From assembly GCA_963735595.1 (NCBI GenBank), contig CAVTLK010000001.1, forward strand, positions 992,001 through 1,056,000: a DNA stretch of 64,000 nucleotides, written 5' to 3'. Position numbers and translations under genes: made by a program. The notes beneath the pieces were generated by a model. The model worked only from the letters and a program-made list of their open reading frames with translations. It was not told the origin of the DNA and did not search any database. Of the stretch, positions 11,430 to 21,468 are shown in pieces; position 1 is the first letter of the stretch; every line of letters begins with the position of its first letter. The stretch is from an uncultured delta proteobacterium. Lineage in GTDB: Bacteria; Desulfobacterota; Zymogenia; Zymogenales; Zymogenaceae.

Positions 11430-11495
11430 ATAGTATACATAATAGACTATTTGTATACTATGTTCAACAATATCCCAAAAGAAATCCCCTGTCAA
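11430..11495 (-). promoter_or_regulatory. Sigma70 promoter plus palindromic operator for tetR / efflux operon
   Basis: Minus-strand TTGACA(11495-11490)-N17-TATTGT(11472-11467); palindrome ATAGTATACA-N12-TGTATACTAT at 11430-11461. Confidence 0.75.
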
Positions 11496-11627
11496 CAAAA
11501 AACTGACAAGGGACTATGAACTGCCGGCCGCCGTCTATGGATCTCCCTGGCCCGCCCCTACGCCCCGTCTCCGGCAGTGGAACCAGGGGCCGCGAAGGGG
11601 CCGTCGCCCCGCGCGGCCCTATGTCGT

Positions 11628-13058
11628 CTAATCCTTGATCCCGGCCAGCTTCTTGACGGCCTTCTTCTTCTCCTCGATGTCGTACGTACCCATTATCGCG
11701 ATGGATTCCATCACCGGCGACCCGCCCCCGTGGACGCCCGCGTACTGGAGCACCCCGCCGATGGCAGATACCGTAATGTCCGATATCAGCCTGAAGCAGC
11801 GGTACTGGTCCTCGGCGGAGACGCCTTCTTTTCTTATCATGTATTTTTTAACCAGCGGGCCGACTTCATCGCTGAGGAATTCCTCGTCGTACGGAATGGT
11901 CGCCGGCAACCCCCCCGCCAGGTCGCAGATAATCTCGTATTCGCGGTAGATATTCATGCCGGCGTGCCGCCTGCCGACGTTGCAGTAAACGACGTTGGGA
12001 ACTTGAGTTCCCGAGGGGTGCGCGGTACTCTCCATCGCCGCCGCGACGCCCGCCGCATAGGTCAGCTCCGCCACGCTCACCAGCTCGGCCAGCTTGTCGC
12101 GCACGTGGGTGGACTTTCCCAGGCCGTTGTACTCGGCAACCAGCGCCGAAGCGCCCATTGCGATATCGGTCACGGCCGGCTTGCAGCCCGTGTAGCTGTG
12201 CCGGTGGTACAGGGCAAACAGGAGCGCCAGCTGCCCGCCGTATTCGGTCTCCCCGGCCAGGAACACCCGTTCGTTGGGGACGAACACGTCGTCAAATATC
12301 GTCAGCGAGTCGGCCGCGCCCAGCCGCGTGATGGGCGCCTCCAGTTCCGGCTTTCGCGGCCGGACCTGCGTCGCCCGGGACACCATCTTGATGCCGGGGG
12401 TATCGGCGGGCACCGCGAAAGCCACCGCCCAGTCGGCCTCTTCCTTGGTTAAGAACCGGGTGGGGATCGCAATGATCTCCTCGGCGTAGGGGGCCATCGT
12501 GTTGTGTGCCTTGGCGCCGCGCACGACGATCCCGTCTTTCGTACGCTTGACGATCCTCAGGTAGAGGTCCGGGTCGGCCTGCTCATGGGGCCTCTTGGTA
12601 CGGTCTCCCTTGACGTCGCTCTGGGCGCAGCAGCCGACCATGTTGTTGTCCTGAAACCTCTTCAGGAATTCGAGAAACCGCGCATTGTAGTCGGTCCCCC
12701 GGTCCTGATCGCACGCATACGTGATGACGGAAAGCGCGTTGACCGCGTCAATCCCCATACAGCGCTGGATACATCCCCCGCACTCCCGGCATAGCAGGCG
12801 TGTCAGTCTCTGTTTCTTGAGGAGGTCATCCGGGCTCCGGTGTATGTTCGTAAACCGGTTGATCGTTTTCCCCGAAAGGTGGGAGGAAGCCAGGATCACG
12901 TCCTGCAGTGTCGGATCACCCTGTGCGTCAAACGTCATCCCGACGATGGTCTTGCCCGGTTCGAGCCTCGAGTCGTCCCGGCCGACCTTTTGGCCCCCGA
13001 TGTAGATATTCGGTTTCAACGCCTTGAGGGCCTCGAAGTAATCTTCCTTGGTTCTCAT
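11628..13058 (-). CDS. 4-hydroxybutyryl-CoA dehydratase / HpaB-family flavoprotein
   Basis: CIQRC and HRHSYTGC match the AbfD [4Fe-4S] ligand pattern; SDVKGDR, GAKAH, HGGGSP; TAAGGAG RBS. Confidence 0.85.
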   Translation of the reverse strand: MRTKEDYFEALKALKPNIYIGGQKVGRDDSRLEPGKTIVGMTFDAQGDPTLQDVILASSHLSGKTINRFTNIHRSPDDLLKKQRLTRLLCRECGGCIQRCMGIDAVNALSVITYACDQDRGTDYNARFLEFLKRFQDNNMVGCCAQSDVKGDRTKRPHEQADPDLYLRIVKRTKDGIVVRGAKAHNTMAPYAEEIIAIPTRFLTKEEADWAVAFAVPADTPGIKMVSRATQVRPRKPELEAPITRLGAADSLTIFDDVFVPNERVFLAGETEYGGQLALLFALYHRHSYTGCKPAVTDIAMGASALVAEYNGLGKSTHVRDKLAELVSVAELTYAAGVAAAMESTAHPSGTQVPNVVYCNVGRRHAGMNIYREYEIICDLAGGLPATIPYDEEFLSDEVGPLVKKYMIRKEGVSAEDQYRCFRLISDITVSAIGGVLQYAGVHGGGSPVMESIAIMGTYDIEEKKKAVKKLAGIKD

Positions 13059-13177
13059 CGTTGACTCCTTAGTAGGATTACGATATAGGACATGAAGATG
13101 CCGCGCCAGTGCCATAGGCCGGATCGTGAAAGGAACCGCGGCGCCCGTTAGATACTGCCTGCTTTTAGAGGACATAA

Positions 13178-13248
13178 TTTGTACGACTGTACAAACAAGT
13201 ACCACGGACGGGCGGCGATGTCAAGATAATTTTGTACGATCGTACAAA
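13178..13248. promoter_or_regulatory. Two palindromic operators TTTGTAC-N4-GTACAAA in the divergent promoter
   Basis: 13178-13195 TTTGTACGACTGTACAAA; 13231-13248 perfect palindrome TTTGTACGATCGTACAAA; minus-strand TTGACA at 13224-13219 between them. Confidence 0.8.
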
Positions 13249-13343
13249 TTTCCTTGCAAACCCACCCCTGTGTATGATAGATAGTATTAACAATGACCGG
13301 GCCGGGCTCATGCGGTTTATGAGCAGACGATAGGGGCGCCTCC

Positions 13344-13976
13344 ATGGGCAACAACGACGCAAACAGCGACACCAGCAAGACGCGGGAGGCGATCCTCGAC
13401 GCGGCCTGCATTGTCTTTGCCCGCCACCCGTACAACGCCGCCAGCATCCGTATGATCGCCCGCCAGGCCCGTCTCGGCCACGCCCTCATCGGTTACTATT
13501 TCCCCGCCAAGGCCGACCTCTTCCGGGCCGTGGCCTCCCGTATCTGCGGCGACCTGTGCGCCGGAAACGAGCGGTGGATGGTCGAAGTGCGGCGTATGGG
13601 CCTGCATGAGGGCTTCGAGCGATACGTCCAGCGGTTCGTTAGTTTCAGCCGTGAGAAGCCCTGGGTGTTGAGGATCATCATGCTCAACATCACCGGCGAG
13701 CGCGTCGGGGCGGTCCCCGGGCAGGACATCCTCATCGAGGCGATCGAGGGAATACGGCGGATGTTCGTGACTACCATGAAGCTGACGGCCTCAGTGGAGG
13801 AGGTCGGCCGCTTTTCGGACAGCTTCAACGCCCTCGTGCTCTACTATCTGGGAGCCCCGGAGAGCGCCGCGTGGCTCATCCGCATGGACCCGGACGGCCC
13901 CGATTATTTCCCCTGGGTCGAGGAAACGCTCGTGTCGGTCTTCCTCCCGATGATCGGCCGCCTGTTCGAGCGGTAA
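13344..13976 (+). CDS. TetR/AcrR family regulator
   Basis: TREAILDAACIVFA...SIRMIARQA...LIGYYFPAKADLF. Confidence 0.9.
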   Translation: MGNNDANSDTSKTREAILDAACIVFARHPYNAASIRMIARQARLGHALIGYYFPAKADLFRAVASRICGDLCAGNERWMVEVRRMGLHEGFERYVQRFVSFSREKPWVLRIIMLNITGERVGAVPGQDILIEAIEGIRRMFVTTMKLTASVEEVGRFSDSFNALVLYYLGAPESAAWLIRMDPDGPDYFPWVEETLVSVFLPMIGRLFER

Positions 13977-14003
13977 CGACTACCTCCGATGAACCTTTTC
14001 GGT

Positions 14004-15344
14004 TTATTTACGCCCCGTCATCTCGTCGGCCTTCTCTTTCATCAACGCGTTGAGTCTTTGTTCGTCGGCCGCAAACGTGAAGAACATCATGATCTCAAGG
14101 ATGCCGCAGGCGATCCAGAAGAGGTTGGCGATATTGAAGGCCCACACCCTGCCGAACGCGATGATGAAGAGGCTTATGAGCGCAGGGCCGAACCCGTTGC
14201 CGAAGGAGTCGAACAGGTTGGACATCGAGAGGATCGACCCCCTGGTCTCCGGGGAGTTTACGTTGAGCGTGATGGCCTTGATATTGGGCGCCGGGAATAT
14301 AATTATAAAGCCCGTAATAGCCGCCAGCGCCAGCGGCACGATTACGGAGGGATTTTCCACGCCGACTTGCGACGGATAGTTGAGGAGAAACGCCATGGGG
14401 ATGACCCCGATGATACACGCCGTACCTATAAATAGCGGGAGGTATCGAGGGTTCCGGTTATAGATCTTGTTGCCGATCAGCCCGCCCACGAACGAACCCG
14501 CCAGCGTAGCTGCCGCGCCCGTCATGACGATGAGTGTCGCCATTTCCACCGAGAAACCCTTATCTTGCGCATAGAAGTCGTTGAGGTATATGAAGAAGAC
14601 GCCCCACGGGATACAACCGGGGATACCCTGCAAGAGGACCAGCACGTTGGTCTTGATACGGAAGATACTGCGGTAAAGGGAAAAATTGATCTTTCCCGTA
14701 TACACGGCTCCCTTCTCGATCAATTCTTTGAGGCTCTCCTCGGCGATGCCGCGGGGCGGCTCCTTGACGGTGAACCAGAACAGGAGGATAAACAGAAAGC
14801 TCGGGGCGGCCACGACGATAAACGGCAGCCGCCAGCCGTATTCCGGACCGATGAATCCGGCGACGAGCTGCCCCACGGCCACGCCCAACCCCTGGACGAG
14901 CGTGATCCAGGCGGCCGCGGCGGCCCGGTTCTTGTGCGAAAAAAAGTCGCCGATCATGGAAAAGGTAATCGGGATCATCCCGCCGACGCCGATGCCGGTC
15001 AGTGCCCTGAGCCAGAATAGCTGCGCATAGTTCTCCGCAAAACCCGAAAGGAGGCAGGGCAGCTCACCGATGATCGCCGTCGCCACGAAGAGTTGTTTGC
15101 GGGAGACCATATCGGTGAAGTAGCCGATGCAAAGCGTTATCAGGGCGCCGATTACCCAGAAGGCCAGGGATATCCGCCCCCCGAGCAGTACGTCCCGCTG
15201 GATGTCGGAAAAGCCGAAATCACGGGCTATCTGGGTGAGGTTGGGGGCCATGAGGTTCTGATCCGCAAAGATAAAGAGGTTTATCGCCGCGATGAGGATT
15301 ACTGCGTAGAGTTCTTTCCTTCCGAACGCGCGCGTATCGGCCAT
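14004..15344 (-). CDS. MFS transporter (spinster-like)
   Basis: FIFADQNLMAPNL, GYFTDMVSRK, YGWRLPF, EPPRG; AGGAG RBS. Confidence 0.88.
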   Translation of the reverse strand: MADTRAFGRKELYAVILIAAINLFIFADQNLMAPNLTQIARDFGFSDIQRDVLLGGRISLAFWVIGALITLCIGYFTDMVSRKQLFVATAIIGELPCLLSGFAENYAQLFWLRALTGIGVGGMIPITFSMIGDFFSHKNRAAAAAWITLVQGLGVAVGQLVAGFIGPEYGWRLPFIVVAAPSFLFILLFWFTVKEPPRGIAEESLKELIEKGAVYTGKINFSLYRSIFRIKTNVLVLLQGIPGCIPWGVFFIYLNDFYAQDKGFSVEMATLIVMTGAAATLAGSFVGGLIGNKIYNRNPRYLPLFIGTACIIGVIPMAFLLNYPSQVGVENPSVIVPLALAAITGFIIIFPAPNIKAITLNVNSPETRGSILSMSNLFDSFGNGFGPALISLFIIAFGRVWAFNIANLFWIACGILEIMMFFTFAADEQRLNALMKEKADEMTGRK

Positions 15345-16027
15345 TGCCTTCTCCTGTAAAATGCAATGCAAATCAATATAATCAGTCGCCGGGGAGGAGA
15401 CAGAACCACCCCGGCTACCGTTCCAGGTAAAAACTCGCTATCTCGTGGCCGGCCAGATCGTACGTGAAGCTTTTTCCCGAGATGGAAAGCTCCGTGAGTT
15501 CCCCACTGGGGGTTACAGCCGGGAGAACTACACGGCCTGACCATGTTATACTCCCTCCGCCATTTCTCTGTCAAGACCTTCGCTTTCGATCCCGTGTCAA
15601 AGCTCTCGCCGTCGAGCGGTTCTTCCCTGAATTCCCCGTTGAAAGACCGTCGATACCGTCAATATAATCTAAACTGCTGGGTCTAAGGGAGGTATTCTAC
15701 GGACGTACCACGTACATACATCGGTATACTCGTTTCGGATATCCTCGGCGGTATACGCACGGCCGTGCGCGGTGCTTCTTATGGTTCAATCCTTAAGAGT
15801 CGTTTCGGTTCGGCCGGGTCGTTGATTTTTATCACGGAAGTGAACGCAGGGGATTGTTGAATGGAGACGCAATATCAATTATGTATAGGATTCACATCAT
15901 CGGCGCGGCCGGCGCCAGCAGGACTTGTGACCCGTAGCGGCCTCGCAGAATTACTCCCGACTCCCTGATTGGCGTTTCGTTCTGATCAGAAAAGAATTGG
16001 CCATCCCATCACGGTTCTCGGCATGCC

Positions 16028-18598
16028 CTATTTACCCAGGACCTCATCGATTTTTTTCTGAAGGAGCGAAAGCTGGGTCGGCTTTTGGATAAACGCATCC
16101 TTTTCGAGCAACGCGATCTCACCGGCCTGCCCTTCCTCACTGTAACCCGAGGTAATGAGGACTTTCACCGAGGGCTTAATCTCCCTGATTCTGTCAAGCG
16201 TCGCCTTTCCGCCCAACTTCGGCATAACCATATCCAGGATAACGACGCCTATCTTTTCCTTATGCCTCTTGAGCAGCTCAATTCCCACAAGCCCGTTCTC
16301 GGCCGTAAGCACGGGGTGTCCCCTGCCCGTCAGGAAATCACTCCACACCTCCCTAACCGCCGGTTCGTCGTCGATCAGGAGGATCGTCGGGTGGAGAGAA
16401 TCGTCGTGATTTTCTTTCATGCGAGTCAATTCCTCCGTTGCTCCTTTCACTCCAGGGAAATAGAGCGTAAAGGCAGCCCCTTTACCTGCCTCACTGTGGA
16501 CCGTGATGAAGCCCTTATGGCCTTTCACTATCCCATAGACCGTCGCCAGTCCTATTCCCGAGCTGCCCGAATCCCGTTTCGTGGTGAAGAAGGGCTCAAA
16601 AATGTGATCGAGTATCTCGGGAGCGATACCCACACCGTTATCGGTAACCGAAAGCACAACGTGCGGCCCGGGGGCGTAGCCGAAGTGGGATTCAACGAAG
16701 CTGCGATCCAGGATCTGGTTTCGTGTCTCAAAGGTAAGCCGACCGCCCCGGGGCATCGCGTCTCTGGCGTTAATACTAAGGTTGAGGAGACATTGCTCTA
16801 GTTGGTTCGTATCTCCCTCGACCGACATAAGGTCGTGTTCGAGGTGTGTCTTGATTTCGATAAGTTTATCAAAGGTGCCGCTGATGAGCGGCACGATCTT
16901 CTCGATGAGTCGGTTGACGTTTACCCTGGTTATATTATAATGTGCGCCGCGCGAGATGTTTAGGATTTGTTTTGTCAGGGCTGAGGCCCTGAGCGTTCCC
17001 TCGTGTATGACGGTCAGGGCCTTGTGGTCGGGGTCTTCCGGGGTTTTCCCCATCAGGAGCAATTCCGAGTAGCCCATGATTCCCACCATGATGTTATTGA
17101 AGTTATGCGCGATACCGCCGGCCATCGTGCCGATGGCTTCCATTTTCTGTGACTGGATGAGCTGTTGCTCCAGTTTAGTTCGGTCGGTTACGTCTCTCAG
17201 GGTTCCCTGGAAACCCACGATTTCGTTCTCGTTTCTGATGAGGTTCATATAACCTTCGACTATTCGTTCTTCGCCGTTTTTCCTTTTTATCTCAAACCTG
17301 GTTCCGTTTATCGGCACACCGGTCCGATAAAGCTTGTTAAAGAGATTGTACGTTCGTTTCGCGAGCTTTTTACCCATGAACTCCCGGTAGTTTCTTCCGA
17401 TAAGCTCGTCTTTGGTATATCCCGTAACGTCCTCTGCGGCTCTGTTTACCGACGTGAAGTTGCCTTTCGCGTCGCAAGTGAAAATCGTATCGAGGGAATT
17501 TTCGAAAAGGCTCCGATACTGCCGCTCGGATTCGCGGAGGGCATATTCCGTCCGCTTTTGTTCGTCAAGCAGCTGTTTGTTCTCTAGAAACGCCGTAATC
17601 TGGCGAATAAGCACCAGGAGCATAACGACACCCAGCCAAACGACAAGGGTGGGAAAATTGATATCGAGGTCGCTCCGATAGCTCGTTATCATGAGGACAT
17701 AGGCCCCGACCAGCCAGAAATACGGCACATACATCGCCCAGGGTGCGATAGCCTTTGGTTTTTCTACCAGGTCCGTATCGGCCGACACCTCCGCCGCCGA
17801 ACGATCGACGGTAATCGCCTGGAATACGCCGGCAAGCCCCGCGAGGAACACGGTGGCAATCCACCCCATGTCAATATATAACTTGGTGACATAGGTACCC
17901 GAAGTGAACTGGTAGCCAAAGACCACATCGGCGCTGATCTTGAGCAGCATGGTGGTGGCGAGCAGTAATATGGGACTTCGTGCCTGGGACTTCAAGCGGC
18001 GCGAAAGCAGAAGAAAGAGCACCATAAGCAACAGGAAATCGAACGCCGGATACGTGAAGGCGACGATAAGAGTCGTGAGGTCCGCCTTTCCCATTGTGAG
18101 AAGGGGGCTAATGTAGAAATACCAGTAAACCAGCAGGGCCGACAGGGCTATGATTCCTAAATCGAGCGAAAACTTGAGCCACTCGCTGCCCTTCAACCGT
18201 TTCATGGGGAGTTTCAGTACCCCCACGATGAAGAGGGTAAAAGAGAGGATATAGAACAGGTCGGTCAGCGATGGAAAAGGCGTTTCCTTGATCACTATCT
18301 GCTGGATAAACCAGTTAATATCTCCCAGCGTCCAGGCAAGCTGCCCGACTGCCAGCAGGACCCACGCGACAAAAAGCTGGCGGGAGTGGGCTGCCGAACG
18401 CAAAGCCCCCCAGGAAAGGGCGGCTACCGCCAAAAGTCCCTCAATGGGGATGGCGAGATCATTAAAAACTGTCCGATTCCACTCGTCGCCGATCAGAAAC
18501 GTTATCATCGAAAGATGAATAAGATAGCCGACAAGAAAGACGAGGGACGCGTTCCTTGGAGTGATGACAGAAGGGATGGGCTTCATCGTACTAATCAT
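16028..18598 (-). CDS. Hybrid sensor histidine kinase (multi-TM sensor, PAS, HisKA, HATPase, REC); start uncertain
   Basis: QSQKMEAIGTMAGGIAHNFNN, NARDAM, DNGVGI, FEPFFTTK, LLIDDE...ILDMVMP. Confidence 0.93.
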   Translation of the reverse strand: MISTMKPIPSVITPRNASLVFLVGYLIHLSMITFLIGDEWNRTVFNDLAIPIEGLLAVAALSWGALRSAAHSRQLFVAWVLLAVGQLAWTLGDINWFIQQIVIKETPFPSLTDLFYILSFTLFIVGVLKLPMKRLKGSEWLKFSLDLGIIALSALLVYWYFYISPLLTMGKADLTTLIVAFTYPAFDFLLLMVLFLLLSRRLKSQARSPILLLATTMLLKISADVVFGYQFTSGTYVTKLYIDMGWIATVFLAGLAGVFQAITVDRSAAEVSADTDLVEKPKAIAPWAMYVPYFWLVGAYVLMITSYRSDLDINFPTLVVWLGVVMLLVLIRQITAFLENKQLLDEQKRTEYALRESERQYRSLFENSLDTIFTCDAKGNFTSVNRAAEDVTGYTKDELIGRNYREFMGKKLAKRTYNLFNKLYRTGVPINGTRFEIKRKNGEERIVEGYMNLIRNENEIVGFQGTLRDVTDRTKLEQQLIQSQKMEAIGTMAGGIAHNFNNIMVGIMGYSELLLMGKTPEDPDHKALTVIHEGTLRASALTKQILNISRGAHYNITRVNVNRLIEKIVPLISGTFDKLIEIKTHLEHDLMSVEGDTNQLEQCLLNLSINARDAMPRGGRLTFETRNQILDRSFVESHFGYAPGPHVVLSVTDNGVGIAPEILDHIFEPFFTTKRDSGSSGIGLATVYGIVKGHKGFITVHSEAGKGAAFTLYFPGVKGATEELTRMKENHDDSLHPTILLIDDEPAVREVWSDFLTGRGHPVLTAENGLVGIELLKRHKEKIGVVILDMVMPKLGGKATLDRIREIKPSVKVLITSGYSEEGQAGEIALLEKDAFIQKPTQLSLLQKKIDEVLGK

Positions 18599-19074
18599 TT
18601 GAGACCCGTGAAGGAAAGGAAAGGCGGCGCCCACGATTTCACGGTGGCCCCTTTATGCTCGCTCCCGATCAAACGAACAGACCTGCGCGAAGCCGGGCTC
18701 AATCGTCGATGCAAGTGGATCGGGACTGACGTCTACTATTCTACTTAAAGGTGACCTATTTGCAAGCGGGTATTCGGTCGATTGTGCAACAGTTTGGTAC
18801 TATTATGACAATTAGCGGATATAATTATATGTCCATTCGCGCGCCGTAACGTCAAACACCCGGCTGTGTGCCCAGGCGGGATTTAAAAGGACTTCTTCGG
18901 ATTTCCGGAAAAAAAAAGGCCGCACATCTCGCCGGCAGTCGGCGGTTCATTCAGGGCATTGTAAATCCGCAGCCCCTAAACTCACCATAATAAAAAGATA
19001 CTGGAAGACACAGGGGAGAGACTATCGAGAAGACCGCCATGTATCAGGTAAGATAGCCTGCCAAATCCACCCGG

Positions 19075-19879
19075 CTACTTTTTTTTACCGCCGCCGTGGT
19101 CACTGCCGCGGCCGTGATTGCGGCCGCTGCCGCGGTTACCCTTGCTGCTGCCACTTGCTGATACCCTTGCTGTTTCCACTGCTTTTATCTTTCTCGTTCC
19201 CCTTTCCCTTACCGACATTCGAATTTGCGGTGGTTTTGAGACTCCCGAAGAGCGTATCTAAGACCTTTCCAATAAGACCTCGTTTACTCTCATTATTCAC
19301 GGCGTCGCCCAGGACACTGGGAGAAACCCCAATCTCCTGACAAATCTCTAACCAGCCCAGCCCGGAATCACGCATCGATTCCACGGTAGTTACGTCCACT
19401 CCCATTGCATCGGCCGCGGCGCCATCGGCTGCCCGTTCCGCTTCTTCGACGGACGCCATGGCGTCCGCGACGCGATTCTCGGACGCGGCGACATCTTCGT
19501 CGGTTGCGGAAGTATCGGCTTTTATTGCGGTGAGCGCGCGGTTCTCGGCCTCGAGGTCGGCCAGGGCCTTATTGAGCTTCTCGATGGCCTTTTCGGCTTC
19601 CCGGCCGGATTTTTCGGCCGCGTCCCTGTTTATGGTTACTGCCTTCAGGGATTGCGCTATCATCATATCTATATCGAGTGAGGATTCCGATCGGGGGCCG
19701 GCGAGTTCCGGGTCGTCACCATTGGTTGTTGACGTGATTTCGTCGATACGGGTGGAGTCGGTTGGCGTTGCCGTATCGGAAAGATGCTGGGCCGAAGCCA
19801 GGGCGGGTGCTAATGAGGCGGCTATCAGTACAGATAGCCCGCCGAGGAGTAATTTATGAAGACATCGTGCAGTTATCAT
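19075..19879 (-). CDS. Exported hypothetical protein: coiled coil, GLGWxEI helix motif, Gly/Lys/Ser tail (one frameshift near 19155)
   Basis: Signal peptide; MRDSGLGWLEICQEIGVSPSVLG; alternate frame gives SGSSKGNRGSGRNHGRGSDHGGGKKK* ending at 19075. Confidence 0.7.
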
Positions 19880-20103
19880 TCATGATCTCCGTTAGATCAG
19901 ATGATAAGGCCGCTACTTCTTTACGATATCGGCGCGTGGGACCGTTTATGCCTAAATGACTCACGCGATCACTAAATAACTATAGAAAATTCCCGCTTCG
20001 TTCAATTCAAACGCTACTGCAATCGAGAGAGAACCGCGACCCGAGCCTCATACAAAATACAACTATTATCTAATAATGTTACCATATTACGTAAAAAAAG
20101 TAA

Positions 20104-20120
20104 AGCAAATAGCATACCGG
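20104..20120 (-). promoter_or_regulatory. Possible sigma54 promoter for the 19879 gene
   Basis: Minus-strand CCGGTATGCTATTTGCT has GG-N10-GC spacing with TTGC; about 225 bp upstream of the start; imperfect. Confidence 0.3.
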
Positions 20121-20241
20121 CGTTGAGAATATAATTTACGCTAACCTGGTCAGGAACGATTGAGTAATAAACCAGTGCGCCGGCAGTCAGCCGGTAGAAG
20201 GCGAAATCGCATGATTTATAGGGAGACCTCGCTTACCTCCC

Positions 20242-21288
20242 TCACTGGCTTGCTCCAAAATCCGTGACCGGCGCCATATATGACCGGCCGGGGAGGGGCT
20301 GAGGCACCTCCCGGTGCGTGGGCACGCCCAGTATCCTTTCGGGGAGTTCCGGATCGATGATGACGGCCACCAGTACCGCGAATACGATTGCAAGGAGGAT
20401 TACCATCCCCATGATGGCAGCCCTCATCAGGCGTATTCCGCGACGACGGGGCTTCGAGGCCGCGTCTTCCTCGAAGCTCTTGGCCGCGAACGCGGGGACC
20501 CTCTCGAATCTCCCGATCTCGGCGCACACCACCGTGATATTGTCGTGTCCGCCGCGGGCCTTGGCAAGCTCGATCATCCGCTCGGTCGCCCGGCGCAGCG
20601 TCTTTTCGGCGTGGATGATGCCCACAATCTCCCTTTCGGTCACGAGATCCCACAGCCCGTCGGTGCAGAGCATCAGGATGTCACCATCCAGCAGTCTGAC
20701 CCGCCCGGGCCGATCGACCTCGACCGCATCCCCCGCGCCGAGGGACCTGATCAGGATATTCTTCTGGGGGGAATGGCGCGCCTCGTCGGGCGACATCTTG
20801 CCTTCACGAACCAGCTGCCCCACGTACGAGTGGTCTTCGGTAACCGCAACGATCTCGTCCTTCCTGATCTGGTAGGCGCGGCTGTCCCCGACATGGCCGA
20901 TATAGGCGTCGTCACCGGCGATGAACGCCGCCGTCAACGTAGTGCCCGGCGGCTTCGCCCCCCCTCCCCCGACCTCCCGCACCCGCCGGTCGGCCTCAAA
21001 GATAATCGCCATGACGGCCGATTCGATATCGGGGAAATCGGCAAGCCCGCCCCCCCCGTTCTTCGAGAAGGTGTCGTCCATGAGCCTTACCGCCGCCCTA
21101 CTGGCGAGATCGCCGCCAACGTGCCCGCCCATGCCGTCGGCAACAGCAAGCAACGCCCGAATGGCGAAGGGGTTGTGATCGGGCTGCTCCAGTGTCATCG
21201 CGATATACGCGTCCTCGTTCTTTTCCCTGACCAGGCCCCGGTCCGTAGCGGCACATAGCGTGATGGGGGAGTGGATCGGCTGTCTCAT
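20242..21288 (-). CDS. PP2C (Stp1/PrpC-like) Ser/Thr phosphatase with C-terminal TM
   Basis: GLVREKNED, VADGMGGH, HVGDSRAY, LCTDGL, GHDNIT; hydrophobic helix near the C-terminus. Confidence 0.93.
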   Translation of the reverse strand: MRQPIHSPITLCAATDRGLVREKNEDAYIAMTLEQPDHNPFAIRALLAVADGMGGHVGGDLASRAAVRLMDDTFSKNGGGGLADFPDIESAVMAIIFEADRRVREVGGGGAKPPGTTLTAAFIAGDDAYIGHVGDSRAYQIRKDEIVAVTEDHSYVGQLVREGKMSPDEARHSPQKNILIRSLGAGDAVEVDRPGRVRLLDGDILMLCTDGLWDLVTEREIVGIIHAEKTLRRATERMIELAKARGGHDNITVVCAEIGRFERVPAFAAKSFEEDAASKPRRRGIRLMRAAIMGMVILLAIVFAVLVAVIIDPELPERILGVPTHREVPQPLPGRSYMAPVTDFGASQ

Positions 21289-21468
21289 GAATGACCTCTA
21301 TACAGGGCGTCCCTGGCGGATGCCCGCTTACTTACCCGTATCTTCGGGATTCCTCGATATCGAAGGCGGCGTACATGCCTTCACGGACAGACGGTTATCT
21401 ACCGGCTGCCGTCACGGGCGGTCGAAAGGCTGTGGTATTTTCAATCCGACCGCAATCGCTCGTCCTTC

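Noticed and set aside
15668..15715. c-di-GMP-I riboswitch-like AAAC...GGGTCTAAG
   Set aside because: No GGCAAAC/GNRA first hairpin and no same-strand gene downstream; an Rfam scan would settle it
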